From NCBI GenBank assembly GCA_002633005.1, contig NMRA01000448.1, positions 62,001 through 126,000 of the forward strand: 64,000 nt of DNA, read 5' to 3'. The notes under the pieces are model-generated. The model was not told the origin of the DNA, ran no database searches, and worked only from the letters and a program-made list of their open reading frames with translations. Positions within the stretch are counted from its first letter, which is position 1. Each line of letters begins with the position of its first letter. The position numbers were made by a program, and so were the translations under genes. Positions 25,292 through 38,431 of the stretch are shown piece by piece. Origin of the DNA: Phoronis australis. Taxonomy: Eukaryota; Animalia; Phoronida.

Positions 25292-27831
25292 TTAAGAGTT
25301 GCTGGGACTATCTGGTCCAATACATCTAAAAATAACAAGAGCCCGTTCACGGAAGACTTTAAGTCAGCCCTCCCTCTCTCACTGCCGTTTTCACCTCCAG
25401 CGCCCCCCCCGCACGTCACCACCACTTAGGATACCGGTATTCACAACTTTCACCATGCATCTTCTAGTCTTTACCTATTTCGCCTTTGAAGCTACAAATT
25501 ATTAAAGGCATATGATAACCCTCCCCCACCTGCCCTTGGGAAACGTCAACTTAAGTCGGACTAGGATTAAAAATTAAAACCCTAGAATCAAATTGAACTT
25601 GATAATACAAAAAAAAGATTCTTTGTGTACTAATCATCCCGTCAGGCGGTCGCAGTTTGCTTTAGTATAATTAGCCGTTGCTGAATCTAACAATGCAAGA
25701 TTACGTACACAGTACTTGTATCAAATACTTATCGAACCCATGTTATGACTTCTAAAGTCTCTTCGAACGTTTTGATGTGCCTTGCTCATGTTCGTTCAAC
25801 GTCTATTTTTATCACTTAAATCGTAACACAGGTTATGTAAAAATCTTTTCAAGATGATGTGGCTTTTTCGATGCAGTCTGCTGCATGTGTGATTAAACGC
25901 TATCAAGCACTCAAGCGCCTTTGTCGCGTGTGTGAATGGTAAAACCGCCTAAGCTTAGAAAAATGTTAGTGCACTTTCCTTTAAATACACGTACAAAGGT
26001 ACAAAAGGCGATTAACTGAACTGATCGCAGGCGCAAGCCGCAGTCGGGTCGAAATCGCAGGTGCTGAGTTGTGTCAACCCGTGCTTCGTTGACTGCGTCT
26101 GAATAGGTTCGGTAAAAAGAGAAAAGTTTCACTCGGATTGTATACTTAAAACGACGAAAATCTCAGTGAACTCACCGTTCTTACTGAATTGACCACGACA
26201 AGTCAAACCCTGTATAATTTTCCTTCGTGCTATCAATCTGCTAAGATGCAGTAAAGCTTTCTTGTGTTATTAACTGTAATTTATGTCAAAATATGGCTTA
26301 GAAGGGAGTTATTAAATTTGAAGATTCAATTTTACTGGGAAAGTCTACAATTCGAGTGATGTCCTTTGTGAAATTTCCCCTAAGTGCTGTGGATATCGGC
26401 ACTCGAAGGAAAATTCTGGGTAAAATGTGCTTTGTAATGAATACGACCAGTGTTGTGATGATTTCAGATAGCAAACGTAACTAAATTCAGCGAAATGGTA
26501 TATGCGGTCAATTTGCCAGTGTCATTGTTGAATATACTGCCCGACCATGTCCTGCTGTCAAATATGACTTTCTTAACAGGCCTGTTTGTTTTGAGTAACG
26601 TATTGGTGTTCATATCATTTGCCTGGATTAACATTTGTTGCAATAAAACACCGGGAATTCCCCTGTCGGTCACACTGTTTCGACGACTGAAACTAATCGG
26701 CCGTGACAAAAAATAACTTCAAGGGCCTGTTCTGAAACAAGAACGAGTTGCCTAATAAGTGGCTTGTATGAAAACTTAGTAAATCATTTAAATTAGTTCG
26801 TTGGCAACTAGCACGTGCTCTAATGCTTTATTGCTTATATTGTGGTCCCACTTTAAATACAGTTTCAGTACTTACTTACTTTAACTGAAAATATTTATCA
26901 GAGTAAGAATCTTTTTATTACGATAAGCAGACTAAATCAAGTATTGTTTTTGGAGGAAGATGCGGATCTCTTTCCTTAAGAATCTTCGGTGGATATACAC
27001 CTCATGGAATCGTACCATTCACGTTCACGTGGCTGTTGAAGAAGCACAGTTTAACACGTAACAGGTGACACGTGCTGGAGGTCATTGTCTCGTAAAATTG
27101 TAATGAATCATGTCGAAGAGGGCACGGAATGGGTTTTACTAATTGTCGGTCGTAGAATGTGATGTGTAATTATTTAACTTAGAACATTTCAGGTTTCATC
27201 GCCCTAGAGCAGTAACATGTCGGATTGCGGAGACTGTTTACTCTATTCTGATCAGACGTGCACCACACAAAATGTACAGGTATGTCCTAAGGCCTAAAAG
27301 TTATACGACACCAGCATGAAATAACTACGCAACAAATTTTCTCACCCACAGAAAGAAATAACTACACATACCTTTGTATGCTAGATATGAATGTGGAATC
27401 CTTTTTAAACCATCACGGTGAATTTACTCCATGGATCTATCTAGACGAGTGCTTGACAATCGGGCCATCAGGCAACAGTATTTAATGACTACACGATCTC
27501 ACCAAGCACGGTTTTGAATGACTACAGAATGCTTCTGAACACCCCCGTGCAATAAAGGTTCCGTTTCTATTGCTTTTCAGCTGCGTTATACATACATGTT
27601 ATCGTTTCAGCGAACAAACGTTAGTAAATATGCGCCGTGTACATAAACAATTTTGTCAATGCCGATTCGACTATACACGTATGGGGCCAGTTTTTTATGT
27701 GGGTTAGATAACCGATTTATTCACGAAACATGTTATATTGTCCCTCAGTTATAACTTCAAGCATAATTTTGGTATCGGATACATAATTCACGCGTAATCA
27801 CCATCAGGAACACCTCCCTCGGCTATTTGCG

Positions 27832-27993
27832 TAGCCTCAAATTTCCCTTCGGAGGTGAACGTTATTTTGCGCACGTGCGGACTTCAGTTGTACGGCAAGT
27901 CATGTGACTTTCTAACTGGAGAACGCTTGGCCACATGACTTAAGTTTGCACATGCGCTTATAACATTCATCTCCGAAGGGAAATTTGAGACTA
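27832..27993. mobile_element. 162-bp foldback MITE with TAG..CTA termini (Academ-like)
   Basis: tagcctcaaatttcccttcggaggtgaacgttat.. vs ..ataacattcatctccgaagggaaatttgagacta, about 55-bp arms. A related end starts at 28033. Confidence 0.75.
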
Positions 27994-30900
27994 AGAAAAA
28001 ACCTTGGTCTAACTTCTCCTCAGTTTTGTAACTAGTTTCAAATTTCCATTTCTGTGAGATGTGTGTAACGTGCGTATTTGAAGCGCTTTTTGTGTCATCG
28101 CGTTTCTATGGAGTATAATTTTGAGATCGGATATGTAGTTCACGGGTCATCAATTGATTAAATTTCATTTGCTCATTGAGCAGTAATCATTTTAAAGGAT
28201 TATTACCTCAAGAGTATTATGTTGAAATGGTCCACAATAATGCATATATAAAGTTTCACACGGTAGTCTCGTTGTTATTTCAATGGCAGAACACACTGTT
28301 GACGTCATCGACGGGTATTCAGTGGCACCCGGATAAAATTTCACCTGCATTTCTGGTCAGAGTTAATCTTTTGGAATTGATTTTAGAGAAAGTACAAGCC
28401 TTTTCCACGAAATACAAATGTGTCAAGCGCACTTTGCGACACCAACGTGCTCGGAAAACATGGCGCTTCCTACAGATGTTGACAAAACACCATGACCGAC
28501 ATACATACCGACACACAAACACAATGGTTGTAAACGTGCACAGTCAAAACAGTATCACTGACCAGTAGACATCTCGAAACGTTGATTTTCAAGCTCCGAA
28601 TCGCTAAGCGGTCATCCTCGGAGAATCGTTTCCATACAAATGTGGGCTCAGATACTGGTAGTTGCCGAATCAACTTGAGAAATGCACGAGAGCAATTTTA
28701 TTAATTAGGAAAATTGTTTTACCCTTAGAGACGCTTCAGAACTGTTGACACGAGAGTCATAATACCACAACTGCGGGAACCCTTTATGTGACAAATGGAA
28801 AGTCCGAATTTAGGGAAATTAACGAGTCATCTGTTGGAAGCGCGGACAATAAATGTCAGGCAGTTGGACAATGCGTTATCACGCATGGTCACCAAGTGGT
28901 CCACTTTACAATTTCTGGCGTCCCACTACATGTGTTGTTCATAAAGAAAGAAACGTGGCATGGCATGAAAAACATGTTAAATGCGTTTTGATCATTTTAG
29001 GTTTCATATTGACAAGTGACTGTACTCAGCACAACTAAAATGACCTGCGCAGTTGATCTATCGCATTTAACGGTTCAGTGTGATGATCATCAGACAGGGG
29101 GAGCCACACGATCACTCATGGGTCAAACTGGTTAGTGTTAATCATATGGGCACGGTCGCCCATAATTCGCTTGCAGACCCAGATAGATAACCCTAGTATT
29201 CACTTTATGCACGTGTGCTAACGTTGGGTTGTCTTTTACCCGTTCTTTGCAAACTTCTTTTCAATCAACGTTAAAAGAAAATTAGACTATGATTTAACCT
29301 CGTACCATATCCTAAAAGTCGTTAGAACACTTAAATATTTGCAGGAAAATGCTCTGTAACCGTAGTCAACAGTTTGGAATGATTTCCTTGCTAAACACGC
29401 GATCGTGATCAACGTTTCGGGCGAGATGATCGACAGCTGCGGGTAAAGACCATTGATCACGACTAAAAGCACAGAATGACGATCGTATTGCAACTTGAAT
29501 CTCTCGCAGGCTAGCTCTGACCGAAGCAGTTTTGGGTCAATGAAATCATAAAGGTGGGTTAGTTCCTTTTAAATTGAATGCAGGACAACTTTTCTCATTT
29601 TTTAGGGGATACTCGCTATTTCAAAACATGTCTCACCGTAGCTATTGCTCATGTAAGCACAAATGCCTTTACTTCCGCAGATAGGCGTGTGGCCCAAATA
29701 CACACAGATATGGTTGCCAATGTTAATTAATTCATCAAAATGAGGCCACAGTCTGATGACCCCGGCGTGTCATGTTTATGTTTAGAAAGTGAAAGCTAAA
29801 CGCATACACTGTTTTTGTTGAGTTGCCCTTTCTTCATATAACACAAAAGATAAGAAGATTTATATTGGTCTTGTTTTGTGAGCGATCAGTAAATATAACG
29901 AGGTAGTGTATTTTGTTGTGTTGGAATTGTTAGACTTAGAAGTCTAATTTGAAATGATGTTGACTCAAAGTGCAAAATTGTACGCTTTGACAGTATGGGG
30001 ACGCCGGATGATGGAACCCCCTTTGAAAAAGGATCGATCGACAATCAGTATCACACGCATATGTTGTGAGTAACCCCTGTCCTCCCCCAACCTCTTCCCC
30101 TCCGTTCCTCCTTGCCTAATTCGTCATCTACGCATGCGCTGTGGTGAATCGTTAAAGGGGTAATAAACCGGCGCATTCTGTTAAGGAAACGGCTTTTGAT
30201 TTATGCCACTTATGGTTGTAAAATCGATCTCCTCTTGCTCCTTACTGGAATAAGAAATGATTTCTACAGATATTTATTGTTTCAGAGCAGACCCGTTATG
30301 TTGCTTGTCGCGATGGGTTAGTTGGAGTGGCCCAGGTAATATGTCCATCTGGGAAATTCCAGGCATTTTATTCCAACCAATTCCAATTCAGAACGCGATA
30401 ATGTTATTAACGCAGGAACATGATTTAGAGCCACTTTAACTAAAAAGTGCACTGTGCTGCTACTTTAAACAGGGCTTTGTTGAAAACAGTGTTCAGTTTC
30501 GCTACACAGTCAATAGAACATTACAGACAACCAAGCAATGCCTGGCGAAAGGAAAATAACCTGAAATGCTCACGTCATCTTAGTGTGAGTTTTCGATGAC
30601 CGTCAACAGACGGCGAACACAAAATACATGAAAACTTCTGTTTGACTGCGTGTCAAAAGTCAATAACACATTTATGTTGCTCTCGACTTCGTTTTTAATT
30701 TAGACAGGATGACCGGGCAGTCCTTTCATCTCAGAACATCAGATGTGTTTTTGATTTTCACAGTAGAATGTGAGAGATGTTTATAGCAAATTGGGAATAG
30801 CAAAATCTGCGATAAAATCACGTCACGTTGCCATATATCATTGTTCCTTTGAAATAAACCGCAAAAAGTGTAGAATGGGTCTTTATCTGCTTCTTTTTTA

Positions 30901-32245
30901 TGACATTCGTCGGTTTTTTGTTAAGCTCTTGAGTTTAAAAACACAAGTTCGGCGCAACGACACCAACAGAACAGCGAACGCAAATTAGCAATAACACTCT
31001 TTCAGTGCTCCTACCTGTTACGCAAAAGATAGACATGGCTTACGACTCATCAGAGGAATTCACGGCAAACTAATTTCAAATCTTTTCCGTCCTGTTGCAA
31101 CTTGATGTTTGGATTACTGCTGACGTTACAGTGTAAATCAATGGGTGAACTTGTACAAGCTAACTCAACATCTGTTGACAACTGAATGAGAACACGCACA
31201 AGTATTCGATTAACGGCTACCATATGCCATAAAAAGTGCAGATTTGTACCAATCAATTACATAATGCGCACAAAACCTCTTGTTATGACGTCTTTATATC
31301 AGAAATAGCCATTGACTATGAAAATCATACTGGGTTCAAGAAAATGAATTTTAATAGTCTAATTTTAATGTTGATACATTTGTCAATTGCGGTTGTATAA
31401 ACTCAACTAATCCAAATTGATCATTTAATAATGACTGCTGTTTCCGTTTAAATTTGACTGGTATAACGGCATTTTTCATTTGAACCTGGGTTCCTAGTTT
31501 CAATCATTCCCGGTAAACTCCTCTCGTTGGTTGTGACATACGGACCCAGGGCAGCGTTGCTACCAGGAATTACTATCAGAAGCGCACTGACTACTCACTC
31601 AATCACGTTGCAGCTCCGTGTCGACAGTTCACTTTTTCCTCAGACTTTCTACACGAATAAGGTCAAAATGATAACAGAAATATAAAAGGCCGCATATAAA
31701 CAAAGCGTGTAGATTTCTGTGTATACACACAACATTCTACACGAAACCATACATGATGTAGGTTACAACCTGGTGTGAACTCGAAATTATTTTTGATAGA
31801 AAATCACCTTTTATTTTATCCTGTGTTTGAATATATTATGATTTACACAGATCTGTGTCTAGTCCAAGTTGTCATTTGATGATCTAGAGATTGCAGTTAC
31901 TCGTTTAAAGCTTGAAATTTCGATCTTAGACTTGAACTTATAGCCTTAATGGGGTCATTAAGGACTAACAGGGATTAGACAGTCACTCAGGTAAACCAGA
32001 ATGTACTCGAACACAGATTAATAAACATTAATTTTGAGCTCGCACAATAGTAGAGCGGAAAGATTTATTTCGAGTTCAAAGATTAGACCTCGGGCCCAGG
32101 TCAGCCTGGATTATTCACAAAACAATATCTTTATACAAGTACTACGGGTTAGACGATTATTCTGGCAGGGGTGCGCATGGTATGCGTGTCGAAGTGATAG
32201 TTCTACCGGGAAAATCAATCATAGCATATCAGTACTATCAATAAA

Positions 32246-32377
32246 GTATATATACATATTATACATACGTATATATACATATGTATATGTGTATTTGGGT
32301 AGCAGACCTTCTTTTATACATGTTTCATTGGTATATATACATATACATATACATATGTATACATACAAATGTATATT
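32246..32377. repeat. (TA)/(CATATA) low-complexity tract
   Basis: Direct reading. Confidence 0.85.
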
Positions 32378-35010
32378 TCAAATTTTCTTAACACTGTAAT
32401 GTAAAGCACTTTTTGAAACTGTTGTTCTTTAGAATATAAAACGTCATTCAACAAAGTTAACCATTTACGAACACATGTCAATTTTTTTCGACCCAAATAC
32501 AACGGACCCAACACAGAGAATGACCTTAAGTCTATAAAGAAAGCACATTTCCCAATTCAGTGGGACTGTAACAATTTGTAGTTTCTTTACCGAATATTTA
32601 TACACAGGTCAAGCTGGAAAATTCGGCAAATATAGTGAAATGTACAAAGCTAGATCCATGAATTCTGTTTGAAAATTAAAAAGGAGTCGAAAAACATGCA
32701 TGCCCACATAAGGCAGTCCTCACGAGTGACTGTAGCTATTCACAGAGATTACAATCAAATCTATGAATTACTTAAGCCAATCATTTGCGAACATTTGAGA
32801 ACAACGATTGGCCCATAGAATACTTTTAGAAAACCTTTGTACACACTGCTCAGCTGAGCGCCAACTGGCGGGAAAGCGCGGATTCGCCCCACTATAGTTT
32901 CCCATTTCCAAACTATGCCGTGTGTGTATTGAAAACATTTACCTGGTCATGTTTTGAGATCATACTATAAATACATCAAGATTTATAGCTCGAGGCCATG
33001 CTATCGTGTCGTGACACATTAAAAACATATTACACGTAGTTAAGTAAATGCAATGGTATTTATGTTAGCTACATACTCCTCGCTTCCCCGTTATCAAAGT
33101 TGGCAAGCTAAATCTGTCGACAAACGCTGGCAATACTGCACACTGGTACCCAAGTACCGATGCATGTCGATAGTAATAGCAGTAAAATACCGATAACAGA
33201 AGTAACGGTTTCCTTATTGGTTCTTGGCAAATTTGCCTATATAAAATATATTCAAAGCCAACAAATTCGTCAATTTATATTGGGTCGAGGCCTGACGCCA
33301 TAAAAATGACATGGCAAAAGGCACAATTTAATGCCTTGAATTTCACATCTTTAAAAATTTGACAAAATGGCCCATAGCTTTTACGGGAACGTTCAAAATG
33401 GTCGCGATTGACGTGATTGTACAAAACGAAATACGTTAGAGAGGGAGGGTCCAAGCTTCCAGCTTGTGCGCAATTTTGATGCATAAAAAAGCGAAGCAAA
33501 GAAAGAATTTCAACGTTTTTCTTATTTCCTCACGTATTGAAAACATGACGCGAAACAACCAACAGAACCAATGCCGCCTCTGATGGGTCCTTTCGTAGTG
33601 TCTGATCATCGTTCGTGTAAATTCTGATTGATAGAAACATCAAAGTTTTTGTACACTTGCGGTAATGGGGAGGTCTACTTTTAAACGAAATCCTTTTGGT
33701 GTATTTGGAGTATTAACATACTCGCCATTAGCGCAGGAACTTGTGCGCTTGTCGTATGAGTTACCATAGTGCAAGAAATGATGTATTATCACGTTTATCC
33801 GTTTGATCGGTCTTTAACCTGTAATAACGCTGGATTCACTTTTAAAACATAACTCATTGCTCGTCTGTTTATATCCAACCTTTTCCGAAATGTCGATTAA
33901 AACTTCAAACACACTCCAGCGCTGAAACCAATGTCGAAAGTGAGCGGGTCAAGAAGAGGTTGCTTCTATATTCCAAAACACCAGTTGGGTTATTACTATA
34001 TTATCCCACGTCTAAGTCAGGTTGACGTCTAAAGTGAGATAGAAATTTTGTAACATATCCTCGTATGATAAATTCCAGCAAATTCACAATCGACTACCCC
34101 ACGTTACGTTTTGGTACTAAAGATCAGTTTTGAACTACGACGAACAACAAATACCAGTACTAAGAACATTTAGTTAAGTTATGTGTGGTTAGACCATACC
34201 TAGGATACAAACATAGTCAAGTTTTTAAAGATTAATTAGCGATGATGGCTTCAAAACGTCAATCTCTCAACCAAATGGGCACTCAAGCATTCACAATGCC
34301 GGTTCTACGGCGAGGCTTCGGGGGTTTTACCACCCTCCTCAATAAACGACCTCTAACTGTGACAAAAACTCTTTTTCTGTAGTTAATTTTTTAATGATGA
34401 GGAACAACGACGGATTCAGAATGTCGCGAGGGGGATCTCGGAACACAGTTTCCAAACTAAAAGCGGTCACAATGTCTCTAAAAAATACATTCTGTTGGCA
34501 TTGTTATTCTAGTTCCAGGAGGTGTTCGAGGAATCAGTGAATCTCCCGTCGACAAAATCGTGAATCCACCATCGATTAACAGTTCTGACAGTCCCCCCAC
34601 TTCACCCCACTAGATCAGAATCTCAGTATACACAGCACTTAGCGTTCTTCCATAAATTGTCTAGTTGTTTGTTGGAACACATACCCTAAATCATGAGGTT
34701 AATTGTCATGTCGACATTGTGCAAACGTAAAGGTGTGAAGCGCAAACTTTATCAGCTGAACAAGAATTCTTAGCTAAACTTAACACGAGCGCCAATGTGG
34801 CAGAAGAGCGTTTGATTGTATGGAAAGTAAATATAACTCAAGGTGTCATAGTTTGAGTTTACAAATAGACACCAAACAAGCAGACTCTTCGCTTTCTTGG
34901 ATTGTGATACCATGATCAATTTCAACCTTCTCCGCCTTGATTGCTTTAGGTTACCACACAACACGCCTTTTGCCTGCAGGGCCGTAGGAAGCGGGGAACT
35001 ATCAGGCTCA

Positions 35011-35408
35011 CCGGGATTTTCCGTAGATAAGCCTATGGGCGTGTATTCGGAAAATGAAAAATTTCAGACGTTTTAGTAACACCAAATAAACGCCCGGGCG
35101 TCATAGGTTTCCAGACTTCGAGATTTTTTAAAATGTGTTTTTAAATTTTATGTTAATAAATAAATGCGTAGTTCGTCAGCACTTTTTTATAAATGATAAA
35201 TGCTCCACAAAACTGAATTTGTGACTTAAAGTTGACGCTTAGTGGGCTTCTGAGAGGAAATTTTCCAAATAAACGCCCCGCTATCTGGACACTTGACACC
35301 AGAAGTTGTAACATCAAATCAACGCCCACGGGCGTTTATTCGGCATAATTTTCCAAACAAATGCCCATGGGCGTTTCATCGGGTGAGCTTATCTACGAAA
35401 CTCCCCGG
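35011..35408. mobile_element. pogo/Tc1-mariner-type MITE
   Basis: TIR ccgggattttccgtagataagc / gcttatctacgaaactccccgg followed by TA. Repeated internal aataaacgccc(N)gggcgtttatt palindromes. Confidence 0.7.
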
Positions 35409-36077
35409 TATGAATGGATCGCAGCCTGGCAAAATTTTTAATGACCAGTGCTGGCAACTGAAAAGTTTGTGGGTAAAAGTGGTATAGAGGAGAACGGCGT
35501 GAGAAGTAGAGAATATGTTTATATTCATACGAGGCTGTCTAACAATTACCAAAATGAGATAAAACGCATGACCTCATGTGAGACTAGCGGTTTCTGGGCT
35601 TAACTCCAGTTATTGTACATTAGACTTTTCGTAATAAACATTAAAAAATATGAGACCATGTCGCTGTATTCTGGTACCGTGGAGACTCGGCTGTATTCGG
35701 TAGAAGAGTAGTAACGTACAATATAAATACCTAAGATTAACCACAGCCACCGCAAACTTCTGATGTGACAAACATGTGAAGACAGATGCATTTAACAATA
35801 TATGAAACATGGCCCAAAGGTGTTGTAGGGCTTTTGTACTGTTCAACGGCCGTAAAGAGAAATTAGGTAATGTCGCGTACACCTTGATATAAAGGCGAAT
35901 GCCCTATATAAGTTGTATTAAAACATAGAAGGAAACTTGAACACTGTTGCATATGACTTGAGTTTGTGGAAATTACGTCTGAACTAAGTGGTGAGGATGC
36001 CGACCATGTGTTTGGTAGCTCCATCTAGGGTACATAATGGATGTTACAGTAATTATTTGTTAAGATAAGAAGGTTTA

Positions 36078-36260
36078 TTTACAGGAGAATGCCACCCAAA
36101 AACCAACCTATTTTGTATGAATTTAGATCGAACAGTTCCACTCGATAACAGCAAGTACAGTTCTTTTACTCGACACCTGACGGCATACGGAGGTGTTGAA
36201 ATTAACCAATGACGTCAGAGGTTCGAACGCAATCTGTTCAGCAGTTCACAACATGCTTAC
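36078..36260. mobile_element. Possible Kolobok-like terminus
   Basis: (tt)tacaggagaatgccacccaaaa resembles TTAAAGG..CACCC ends and is followed by CCAAT-TGACGTCA. The other end was not found. Confidence 0.3.
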
Positions 36261-37129
36261 TGGTGTCGGCTTATCGCTTGAATTTATCGTTTTACACCAA
36301 TAAACCATCAAAATTTAATGTAAAACCTTACAAATACATCGAGTTATTGAACAAACGTGTTGTTTTATTTCGCTGTTACTGATTTATAGGTATTTGAATG
36401 TACCGTAGTCTACCAAGTTCGGTACTGGTCAATTTACCAAGGTCGGTCGCGGGAGTTTGGGGTCTGTTCGGTGATAAATTCGGATTATTCGTCCATGAAA
36501 TACAGACAAGAGAACATAGCTTTGTGTTGTAATTTTAGACTTGGAATTTTTTTAGTTCTAAACATACAAAACGCTGGTTTTTCCCCGCCAGTGGCTCGGA
36601 AACCGATCGGGCCCGTCGCGGCCGGCGGCTGAAGACAACACGAAAATAAACCAGCCTAAGTTGGAAACTAAACTTCCAGTCACGAGAAGACTATACTAGT
36701 GAGCCAAAGAAATAATGTGTACGTACTTATTTTGGTGAATTAGCCGCGAAACTGCAAATCTACTTGCTAGATCGTCGGGAGCCGCGAAGTCATAACCGTC
36801 TGGGCAAAAGCTGTACAGTAACAATGATTCGAATAATGTATATGAATATCTAAATAAAGATTCCCCTAACACCTGCCCATAGGATATAAAATTGAGTTAT
36901 TGTTTCACAACAGCTTTCTCTCAGCAAAAACACTGAATTAGCATGCGCTCACACGACCTCGGTGCCCGGTCAATTTGTTTATTGCATCTGATCCCGGGTA
37001 ACGCAGTGATTTATTCATTGCTGTTAAGTACATTTTAGGAAGCTTACTGGTTTTACTTTGTGAAATTTTGTCGGAAGCTTCTGTCAGTTTACAAGTGTTT
37101 GAAAAAACTATAACTCATACGGTGCTTAC

Positions 37130-37163
37130 TGCGGAGGGATATTCGTGTAAATAGAGTCTCCAT
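37130..37163 (-). CDS. Candidate alternative first exon METLFTRISLR
   Basis: caacATGG context and donor GCA|gtaagc in phase 1. A second phase 1-1 micro-exon may lie at 37048-37080. Confidence 0.3.
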
Positions 37164-38194
37164 GTTGTAATATCGTGATCATTGCAGTGTTGCCAAATGC
37201 ATGTACAAGTAGTCCTTCCCGAATACCGGGCCATTGGCCCCACTCGAAGCTTGTGTACAATGCTGTCCATTTGTTAGACACTTTACAAGTTGGTTCGTGA
37301 TGTAGTGTTGGTCATTAATTTATGCTTAAATAATTATCTCAAGTTGTTTTAAGGCCAACAAAGTTCGACAGTTGCACGGAGAGCGGCAACAGGGACCTCA
37401 ATAAATTTCTCACGCTGGATAAGTTTTTATATGTTTGGCCAACACAACTTAAAACATTACGTCGATTAAACCATGTATTCTACTTCCTCCAAAAAGACGA
37501 TTTTTATTCAGGACGAGACTCTTGATAAAAGTGTCACACGCCTCAAAAATTACCTATTTCCCCGAGCAGTTACTTTAAAGATGTCTAAAAGTTCTGTACC
37601 GATGTTCTATGAATTTTCATTGGATGTACGTAAAAGTAAAACGACTGTCTCTTTCAATGTGACATACTGACACAAATTTTGAATTTGCATGCTGCAACGT
37701 CGGCTAAGGTCACACTGATAAAATACTTCACCCGAATCTTTTCAACCAAACATCAAAGATTTGCTGAAAAAACACAAACTAATTTTTCTACCCGTAGACC
37801 TATTTATTGATTTCTTTCGAACATCTGTTTCCAATTTTATAGCGAAATATTGGATTGGGATTTATTTAATTGCAAATTCCTTTCTATCATGTGGGCAATC
37901 ATTTAAAATTTGAATCGTAATGTAAACTAAAAAAGAAAATAACGATTAGCGGAATATAAAAAGCACAATAATATGCATGGTAATTTAGCTCACTGACCGT
38001 GCTCGTCAACGCATATCACTTTTTCACAATCCAAAAACTTTCCAATTTTCACTGCTGTCGCTATCGCAACGGCAAAATCACTTTCAAGAAGAGAACATAG
38101 AACCGATTTCCATTATATGAATTCTGGCATAGAAATGGTAGTGCAATTTGCTTCTGTTTTCAGTGATTACGAGTAACACACTAACAGTCTGACG

Positions 38195-38431
38195 CGAACA
38201 ACACGAAAAACACATGTACATGCACACAAACGCGGCTCGACTGTGCACCGTGTTGGTCGGTCATTGAGTCGTGTTAGTGAGTCCGGGTACTAATTTCCCG
38301 AGTTGTGCACTAAGCCGTGTTCTGCGAGTCCGGCGCCGTTGGCGACCGGTGAGCACCGTTTGTGAGTCGATGAACTGAGTTGGGTCCGTAAGCCATGTTT
38401 ATGTAAGTGTGTGCGGCAGTCGTGTTGTTCG
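38195..38431. mobile_element. CpG-rich MITE-like element
   Basis: Perfect 12-bp inverted repeat cgaacaacacga / tcgtgttgttcg, weaker similarity further inward, recurring gagtc motifs. No TSD seen. Confidence 0.45.

Noticed and set aside
28553-28586. Possible additional hammerhead (CTGACCA..GAAACGTT)
   Set aside because: Core G8 is missing and stems I and II do not pair in the right register. A similar weak match at about 29404-29461 was also dropped.
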